The translations under genes were made by a program, and so were the position numbers. 22,896 nt of DNA, taken from positions 124,001-146,896 of the forward strand of contig MEQL01000012.1 in assembly GCA_001770205.1 (NCBI GenBank). The letters run 5' to 3'. Source of the stretch: Bdellovibrionales bacterium RIFOXYD12_FULL_39_22. Its GTDB lineage: Bacteria > Bdellovibrionota > Bacteriovoracia > Bacteriovoracales > Bacteriovoracaceae. This document shows positions 16,667-22,896 of this stretch, one piece after another; the first letter of the stretch is position 1; every line of letters starts with the position of its first letter. The notes under the pieces were generated by a model. The model saw only the letters and a list, made by a program, of their open reading frames with translations, searched no databases and was not told where the DNA came from.

Positions 16667-17269
16667 ATGAAGTATCTACTAACATCTCTTTCACTGTTTG
16701 TTTCATTAGCACTTTTTGTCGGATCAGCAATGGCCGATGACATCTCTTTAGGAGAACCTGGATATGGTGGAACTGGCTGTCCACAAGGTTCCGCCTCCGC
16801 CACCTTGAGTCCCGATGGAAAAGAGTTAAGCATTATCTTTGACCAATTTGTTGTAGAAGCTGGAGGGGCCACACGCCGATCTATCGGTCGAAAAAGTTGT
16901 AACGTCTCTATTCCAGTTCATGTGCCAGGCGGCTTTAGTATCTCTCTAATTGATGCCGACTACCGAGGATACGTAATGCTTCCACGTAGCGCTTCTGCTA
17001 CTTTCACTGCTGAGTACTTTTTTGCCGGACAAAGAGGCCCAATGTTCTCTAAAGTTTTCTCGGGCCCAACTGATACTGACTATACTTTAGAAGATACTCT
17101 TGGAATTTTTGCTAACGTTTGGTCGGCCTGCGGTACTGACGTAAACCTACGAGTCAATGCCAGCATGCGTGTTATGACCAGATTAAATCAAGAGGCACTT
17201 GCAACTGTTGACTCTGCCGATTTCTCTGCAGGGATTGTTTACCGAATTGCCTTCCGTCGTTGCCACTAG
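16667..17269 (+). CDS. Secreted DUF4360-like protein (paralog 2)
   Basis: AGGAGG SD, signal peptide ending AMA, YGGTGCPQGSASATLSPDG...IFDQFVV, RKSCNVSIPVHVPGGFS, ADYRGY, WSACG and terminal RRC. Confidence 0.88.
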   Translation: MKYLLTSLSLFVSLALFVGSAMADDISLGEPGYGGTGCPQGSASATLSPDGKELSIIFDQFVVEAGGATRRSIGRKSCNVSIPVHVPGGFSISLIDADYRGYVMLPRSASATFTAEYFFAGQRGPMFSKVFSGPTDTDYTLEDTLGIFANVWSACGTDVNLRVNASMRVMTRLNQEALATVDSADFSAGIVYRIAFRRCH

Positions 17270-17311
17270 TCATCAAACAACGCCGTCTATCATCAGCCTC
17301 TTGATGAGCAA

Positions 17312-17345
17312 AGAACCCCAGAAGAAATTCTGGGGTTCTCATTTT
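17312..17345 (+). terminator. Rho-independent terminator after the DUF4360 gene
   Basis: 12-bp perfect stem AGAACCCCAGAA / TTCTGGGGTTCT with a GAAA tetraloop, followed by CATTTT. Confidence 0.8.
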
Positions 17346-17351
17346 GATCAC

Positions 17352-17380
17352 TCGCCTATTGCTGTTAAATATGCTACTAT
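17352..17380 (+). promoter_or_regulatory. Candidate sigma70 promoter for the crotonase-msbA operon
   Basis: Extended -10 TG-C-TACTAT at 17372-17380, a weak -35 (TCGCCT) 17 bp upstream, and a GAGGA SD before ATG 17418. Confidence 0.4.
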
Positions 17381-17417
17381 TTTTTTCTAATAATTAAATA
17401 ATCTGAGGATTAAAATC

Positions 17418-18233
17418 ATGAGTTTTTATCAGCGTCCCTTTGCCGATCTTCTAATTACTACGAATAAACATCTTTTAACCATTACACTTAATCGGCCAGA
17501 ACAAAGCAATGCTATCTCATTACCAATGATTGACTCCCTTAAACAGGTTCTCTCTTATGCCGATACTGATAATGAAATTCGCGTTATTATCCTAACTGGC
17601 GCGGGAAAAAGTTTTTGCGCCGGTGGAGATGTCAAGGCCATGGAAGAACAAAGTGGGATGTTTGCCGGCGAATCCAATGAATTGCGTAATCGCTATATTC
17701 AAGGAATCCAAGAAATTCCTCGCAGTATAGAAGCTCTTCAAACCCCAATTATAGCTATGGTCAACGGCCCGGCGATCGGTGCCGGCTGTGATTTATCAGT
17801 AATGTGTGATCTTCGCGTGGCCGGAAAATCTGCCAAGTTTGCCGAGACTTTTTCTAAACTATCGCTAGTTCCTGGAGATGGAGGAACTTTTTTTTTGCAA
17901 CGAGTAGTCGGCTACTCTAAGGCCATGGAGATGTTTTTAACTGGCGATAGTTATAATGGCGAACAAGCACTTGCCATGGGGCTTATAAATAAACTGTGCG
18001 ACGATAATAATCTGGAAAATGAAACCTTTGAATTGGCCACAAAAATTTCGCAAAATGGCCCTATTGCTCAGGCCATGACCAAGCAAGCATTGAAGGCCTA
18101 TAAGTTTTCGGATCTTTCTTCCCAACTAAATATGCTGGCCACCTTCCAAGGCATTGCTCAACGAACTCATGATCATCAGGAAGGGCTGGCGGCACTAAAA
18201 GAGAGACGCTCTCCTCAATTTAAAGGCAACTAA
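17418..18233 (+). CDS. Enoyl-CoA hydratase/isomerase (crotonase) family protein
   Basis: ITLNRPEQSNA, LTGAGKSFCAGGDV, IAMVNGPAIGAG, LVPGDGG and ERRSPQFKG. Confidence 0.92.
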   Translation: MSFYQRPFADLLITTNKHLLTITLNRPEQSNAISLPMIDSLKQVLSYADTDNEIRVIILTGAGKSFCAGGDVKAMEEQSGMFAGESNELRNRYIQGIQEIPRSIEALQTPIIAMVNGPAIGAGCDLSVMCDLRVAGKSAKFAETFSKLSLVPGDGGTFFLQRVVGYSKAMEMFLTGDSYNGEQALAMGLINKLCDDNNLENETFELATKISQNGPIAQAMTKQALKAYKFSDLSSQLNMLATFQGIAQRTHDHQEGLAALKERRSPQFKGN

Positions 18234-18237
18234 AATC

Positions 18238-19950
18238 ATGCGCACCTTCATTTTTAATTTTCGCCCTTATATCTCCCAGCATTGGACAAGAATTATTGGC
18301 TCAATCGTACTCTCCTTTGCCTTGGCCGGAATCAAAGGTTATCAAATATATTTGGTAAGGCCTATCTTTGATAAAGGTCTGGCCCCTAACGCTACTTTTC
18401 GCAGCATTTTTATTTTAGCATCACTGCTATTGGCACTGTCACTTATCAATTTTCCTATTCGCTTTTTGCACTTTTACTGGATCCGTTTCGTCGAAGAACG
18501 AGTAATGTGTGACTTACGTCTTAAATTAATGGCAAAATTTCAAAGACTGCCAATGTCATATTACTCTACTGCCAAACAAGGAAAACTGATTTCTGCTTTA
18601 ACCAATGATACTACCATCATTGCCCAAGGCCTTCGCGCCATTATCGATATCATTAGAGAGCCAGTTACCGCTATTATCATGTTAGGAGTGGCAATGTATC
18701 ATGATTGGCAATTGACGCTTGTAATGCTCATCGTTACTCCACTTTTTCTGGCCATTTTTATTGCCACTGGTAAAAAATTAAAACGAACACAAGAAGTTGT
18801 TCAAGAAGATTTGGCCATTATGGCCCACAATGCCACCGAAGGGATCATGGGACAAAAAATTTCCAAGGCATTTAATCTGCAAAATTATATTATTTTACGT
18901 TTTCATAAGGCCCAGGAACTTTTTTTTAAATCTAAAATCAAAACTACCTTCATTGAAGAATTCACTCATCCATTAGTAGAAGTTGTTGGCGCACTGGCCT
19001 TTTCCGGAGTAATTGTCTTCGCCCACTTTCGCATCACCTCAGGACAATTATCCACCGGAGGATTTGTCAGCTTTGTGGCCGCACTGGCCATGGTTATGGA
19101 TCCTATTCGCAAATATTCCCAGGCCAACGTTAAATTGAGTCAGGCCACCGCCGGAGGAGATCGCGTTTTCTCTCTACTGGCCTTAGATGAAGAAATAGAC
19201 CGCGGCCAACTTATGCTTGATAAATTTCATCACTCCATTGAGTTGAAAAATGTCACCTTCTCCTACGGAGAGGGCGCTATTATTAAAAATCTCTCACTTA
19301 CTATAAACAAAGGCCAAAAAGTGGCATTGATAGGTCTTTCTGGCTCTGGCAAATCGACTATAATCAATTTGCTGCTAGGCCTTTATCCCATAAATAGCGG
19401 AGAGATTCTCATTGATGGCCATCCGATAGGCTCCATTAAATTACAATCACTGCGAAAAATCTTTGGACTTGTTAGCCAAGATATCTTTTTATTCAACGAT
19501 ACCATTCGAGAAAATTTGCAGGTGGGAAAAAACATCTCTGATAAAGATCTTCAGCGTGCACTTAAAATTTCTTATGCCGATAACTTCATTCGCGAACTGC
19601 CTCGACAACTAGACACAGTAATAGGAGATCGAGGCACACGCCTTTCGGGGGGGCAACAACAACGGTTAACTATTGCCCGCGCTTTTTTACAAAACAATGA
19701 CGTACTACTTTTTGATGAGGCCACTTCGGCATTGGATAACGAATCAGAAAAAATTGTCCAACAGGCACTAGAAGAGTTAGCGCAGGAAAAAACAGTTGTG
19801 GCCGTGGCACATAGATTATCGACAATTCAAAATTACGATCAAATCTATGTTCTAAAGGCCGGAGAGCTAATTGAGCAAGGCACTCACTCTACCCTTATGG
19901 CCAATAACTCTGACTATGCTCGGCTGTATGAGCTAAGTCAGAAAGTATAA
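18238..19950 (+). CDS. MsbA-like ABC exporter (fused TMD + NBD)
   Basis: N-terminal transmembrane domain, Walker A GLSGSGKS, VSQD Q-loop, signature LSGGQQQR, Walker B/D-loop FDEATSALDNESE and AHRLSTI. Confidence 0.92.
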   Translation: MRTFIFNFRPYISQHWTRIIGSIVLSFALAGIKGYQIYLVRPIFDKGLAPNATFRSIFILASLLLALSLINFPIRFLHFYWIRFVEERVMCDLRLKLMAKFQRLPMSYYSTAKQGKLISALTNDTTIIAQGLRAIIDIIREPVTAIIMLGVAMYHDWQLTLVMLIVTPLFLAIFIATGKKLKRTQEVVQEDLAIMAHNATEGIMGQKISKAFNLQNYIILRFHKAQELFFKSKIKTTFIEEFTHPLVEVVGALAFSGVIVFAHFRITSGQLSTGGFVSFVAALAMVMDPIRKYSQANVKLSQATAGGDRVFSLLALDEEIDRGQLMLDKFHHSIELKNVTFSYGEGAIIKNLSLTINKGQKVALIGLSGSGKSTIINLLLGLYPINSGEILIDGHPIGSIKLQSLRKIFGLVSQDIFLFNDTIRENLQVGKNISDKDLQRALKISYADNFIRELPRQLDTVIGDRGTRLSGGQQQRLTIARAFLQNNDVLLFDEATSALDNESEKIVQQALEELAQEKTVVAVAHRLSTIQNYDQIYVLKAGELIEQGTHSTLMANNSDYARLYELSQKV

Positions 19951-20205
19951 CTTAAACTTTTGCCTGAGATTATTTTAATCATCGTATATTTATGCCAAGA
20001 TGATTTGGTTACAGAAACATGGCCGATTTCAAACTAAAATTGATCAGAACTATTGAGCATGCCCCAATTTCTTGTCACATTTTTTCAAAACAATTGTAAG
20101 CGAAAGTCACGTTTAAATGCATAATCTCCCGAAATGATTAGACTTACTTAATAATCACTTGTTTCTACCCCTGACTGTGTAAAAATATATTGATCGGAGG
20201 ACACT

Positions 20206-21591
20206 ATGTACTTACTAACAGTAAATATTGAAGCATTTGTATTCGTAAGTTTGCTAATATTTATTGGTTGTACACCGTTTGTTGATCTAGCATCAAAGGA
20301 TCTATGTAGCAATGGAAGTAGTTCTCTACAATCAAAATGTTCTGATGAATCAACCAAAACTGACACTCCGACCAACGAGGTTAACCAATCTCCAGATGTT
20401 AACAACGGTAACATTGATAACCGTATTGAATTAGCATTTAGATCACAGAAAGCAATAGAATATGGTTTTGACTTCATGGAAACATTTGATGATTTACTGG
20501 ACTGGAAGCCTCTTGATATAAATGGTGTTCACTTGAATACCATTGTTCATTCCCATCACCCCAAAAGATTGAATGGGGCGAATACGTTGCTTAATACGAT
20601 GGATTATTGGAGCAGCTCACCAGCGCCGCACAATTTTATTATGGATCATAGGGAGCGAGGCGGTGTCATTTGGGATCCAAAAAATATTGGTAGCGGCAAG
20701 TCGCTAGTTATGAATGTCGCCGGGGCCCAGCAGGTGGATGGCCAAAATCATGGGATGACTAGATTTGGTGCTACTCTTTCTGCAACGGGCCTGGATGTTG
20801 AGGAGAATGCGAAGGCCGGATATCGAAGCGATGCTTATGTATTTTTTATGGTCTATCATCCTCAGAATTATTACCCAACTTGCGTTGCTAGAAGCGGTGG
20901 TAAAACAAAAGCAGATTGTGGAGGTGTGGAGAGTGATTGTGGAGGTAGTAGTCCCTGTGGATATTTCAACGAAAGTGAACTTAAAAGCAGCGGTTATGAT
21001 TCATTTGCATCTACTGAAAAATTTATTTCTTGGGGAACGGCCGGTGTTACTCCATACACAACTTTCTTGACGACCCACTGGGGAATGGATGGGGAATATC
21101 CAGTAGAGCCATATACTGGAACGAGTGCGATTATGTATCATGGCGTTCATAATAACTACCCAGAATTCCAATTTGAGGGAATGCATCATCTAACGGAGGG
21201 AAGAAGTGGATATACTTGCGCTAATGATTATGGCAAATACGATTACCCAGTTAATCCATACACCGGTGGGCATCCACCGCAAAATGAGTGGTACGGGGTG
21301 GAAGCAAGATTGGCGCCAAACGTGGTGGTAGATGAGAGTTCGGTGATGGAGTTGTGGTGGTATGAAAAAGATGGAACAGAACATTATCTTGGAAGTAGAA
21401 ACAGTGGCCCTTGGATGTCCAGTTGTGATTTGGCAGCTGGCCTAACTGTAAATAGAATTTTTATTGGCGGTAATAATAGTAACACCTGGAAGATTGGGCC
21501 AAGAATGAAGGGTGAATATTATGTCGATGACTTTATTATTAACGGAACAAGGATTGGGCCTTTATATTTTCAGCGTAAATTAGAAAATTAA
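20206..21591 (+). CDS. Hypothetical exported protein (possible lipoprotein) with a probable C-terminal beta-jelly-roll (LamG/lyase-like) domain
   Basis: GGAGG SD, hydrophobic N-terminus ending FIGC, Ser/Thr/Asn linker, and a C-terminal NEWYGVEARL...MELWW...IFIGGN...YYVDDFII pattern. Fold assignment is inference. Confidence 0.65.
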   Translation: MYLLTVNIEAFVFVSLLIFIGCTPFVDLASKDLCSNGSSSLQSKCSDESTKTDTPTNEVNQSPDVNNGNIDNRIELAFRSQKAIEYGFDFMETFDDLLDWKPLDINGVHLNTIVHSHHPKRLNGANTLLNTMDYWSSSPAPHNFIMDHRERGGVIWDPKNIGSGKSLVMNVAGAQQVDGQNHGMTRFGATLSATGLDVEENAKAGYRSDAYVFFMVYHPQNYYPTCVARSGGKTKADCGGVESDCGGSSPCGYFNESELKSSGYDSFASTEKFISWGTAGVTPYTTFLTTHWGMDGEYPVEPYTGTSAIMYHGVHNNYPEFQFEGMHHLTEGRSGYTCANDYGKYDYPVNPYTGGHPPQNEWYGVEARLAPNVVVDESSVMELWWYEKDGTEHYLGSRNSGPWMSSCDLAAGLTVNRIFIGGNNSNTWKIGPRMKGEYYVDDFIINGTRIGPLYFQRKLEN

Positions 21592-22634
21592 GTAGAACCT
21601 AATGTAAATTTGAAATGTTCTGATTTTCCGAAATCACTATCACTCTTATTACTAAAAACTCGTCCTGATCGTTGCAGGCCGTTGCCCAAAAGCCCCGAAA
21701 AGAAAATTCCAAATCGCTCTCCGAAATTGATTGGGCATAAAAGACCTACCTCTACCCCTAATCGTTGATATGCTATTCCTGTTAATGTTGCAAGTTTATC
21801 TCCAAACGCCGCCCGTTTACTCTCATCAACCAATGCTCCAGATCCTTCCAAAGCAAAATAAGCGAAATCAAGATTTGCCAAAGCATGAACTCCAAAATTA
21901 AATCCGCTAGAAATTTCTGTTTTAGGAAGACTTTCCTCGATAGCAAGATCTGTGGCCAAGCTTGTGCCGGTCGACGTGATATCAATCAAAGGAAAATCTA
22001 TTCCCAAGGAAGCTCCCCAGTTTATAGATTTCATATCCGCGCGTTTGACAATCAACTCATCTCTAATAGTTGTTTCTTCGGTAGTATTATCATTGGAATT
22101 TTGATCCGTTGATGCTAATCCCGAATCGATAGATATCCCACCGGATAACGCATTCAGATCCGTATAGTACCCATTAGTTTTTTGATAAAATATTCTGATT
22201 GCCCAATACCCAAAGCTATACCCAAATACAAAATCATCAAATTTTGACTTGCCATATTTCCGTGCACGATCTGAATCTTTGGTAAACATATCACTCTTCC
22301 ATGAAACAGAAAAATCGAGCACCGATAAATTAATTCCAAAAACCGTAGTAGCACTTGGTGAATATTCAATACGCTTATCAATTGCTTCTATATCGCTGCG
22401 TCCTTCGCCAACCGAGAATAAAATTCCGCTAGACGGAATCTCTATAAAAGTACCAACTTTAATAGCATATTTAGATAATGAGGTAGTTGTTGTTACTTGG
22501 TCAGTTGTCGGATCTGGTATTGAAGATGCCCCATCTTTCGCTGGTAGAACAACTTGCGAAATAGACTCCACCGCATTTGCCTTTAGCGTTATTAATATAA
22601 TAAATGATCCAATAAGCGGCAGTATCTTTGACAT
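21588..22634 (-). CDS. Putative outer-membrane beta-barrel protein (DUF4421-like), possibly C-terminally truncated
   Basis: GGAG SD, signal peptide ending ANA, and amphipathic strands (IEYSPSATTVFGINLSVLDFSVSW, IFYQKTNGYY, RADMKSINWG). Confidence 0.6.
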   Translation of the reverse strand: MSKILPLIGSFIILITLKANAVESISQVVLPAKDGASSIPDPTTDQVTTTTSLSKYAIKVGTFIEIPSSGILFSVGEGRSDIEAIDKRIEYSPSATTVFGINLSVLDFSVSWKSDMFTKDSDRARKYGKSKFDDFVFGYSFGYWAIRIFYQKTNGYYTDLNALSGGISIDSGLASTDQNSNDNTTEETTIRDELIVKRADMKSINWGASLGIDFPLIDITSTGTSLATDLAIEESLPKTEISSGFNFGVHALANLDFAYFALEGSGALVDESKRAAFGDKLATLTGIAYQRLGVEVGLLCPINFGERFGIFFSGLLGNGLQRSGRVFSNKSDSDFGKSEHFKFTLGST

Positions 22635-22654
22635 CCATATTCTCCATTTTTTAA

Positions 22655-22683
22655 ATTATATTTTATTTTTATGAAGAATAGAA
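22655..22683 (-). promoter_or_regulatory. Candidate sigma70 promoter for the barrel gene
   Basis: Minus strand reads TTCTAT-17 bp-TATAAT, about 20 nt upstream of the ATG. The AT-rich context lowers specificity. Confidence 0.35.
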
Positions 22684-22896
22684 GAAACAGAGGCCATTAT
22701 CAAGTTTTTTGCTCAACATGCTCGAATATAGGTGATCGGTATTTTCATGTTGCGTATAGGTTATGAGTTGGTCTGAGGAACAAAGCTGTTAAGGGGACAT
22801 TTTGAGTGCGGCAATCAAGATACCGACATACCTTTTCTCAGGATATTATTATTTTTGCATACAAATAACTTTCACTAACTATGTAAGAACTTGCTT

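Noticed and set aside
214..22674. Short alternative-frame and antisense ORFs in the track (e.g. 10716-11132, 16053-16415, 20148-20477, 22249-22674)
   Set aside because: They lie within or opposite well-supported genes and show no recognisable motifs.
22684..22896. Partial gene or ncRNA at the right edge
   Set aside because: No ORF in the track and no convincing structure was seen.
1..22896. CRISPR array, tRNA/rRNA, transposase or integrase
   Set aside because: No spaced direct repeats, RNA gene signatures or recombinase motifs were seen, and the intergenic gaps are all short.

Overview
AT-rich bacterial window, probably from Bdellovibrionota (Bacteriovoracia/Oligoflexia-like). That taxonomy is inferred from a TIGR02147/DUF4423-like regulator, two DUF4360-like genes and a DUF4421-like barrel, all recognised by eye rather than by search. 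It holds 19 credible CDSs and I saw no RNA genes, CRISPR arrays or mobile elements. The centrepiece is a tightly coupled accessory type II fatty-acid/polyketide operon (7919-14162). Its genes are a FabZ-like dehydratase, a catalytically dead ketosynthase, an active ketosynthase, a FabG-like reductase, an unusually long ACP, a left-handed beta-helix acyltransferase-like protein and a saccharopine-dehydrogenase-fold reductase. Next to it lie a divergent atypical PLP Cys/Met-metabolism enzyme and a cobalamin-dependent radical SAM enzyme with a long C-terminal extension. A crotonase-msbA-like pair lies about 3 kb downstream. Also present: an amidohydrolase, a large secreted M43-like metalloprotease, an HTH regulator coupled to a small secreted protein with a duplicated GELTGAG peptide, a divergent DUF4360 paralog pair with an intergenic palindrome pair, strong GGCC enrichment, and a compositionally distinct right end.
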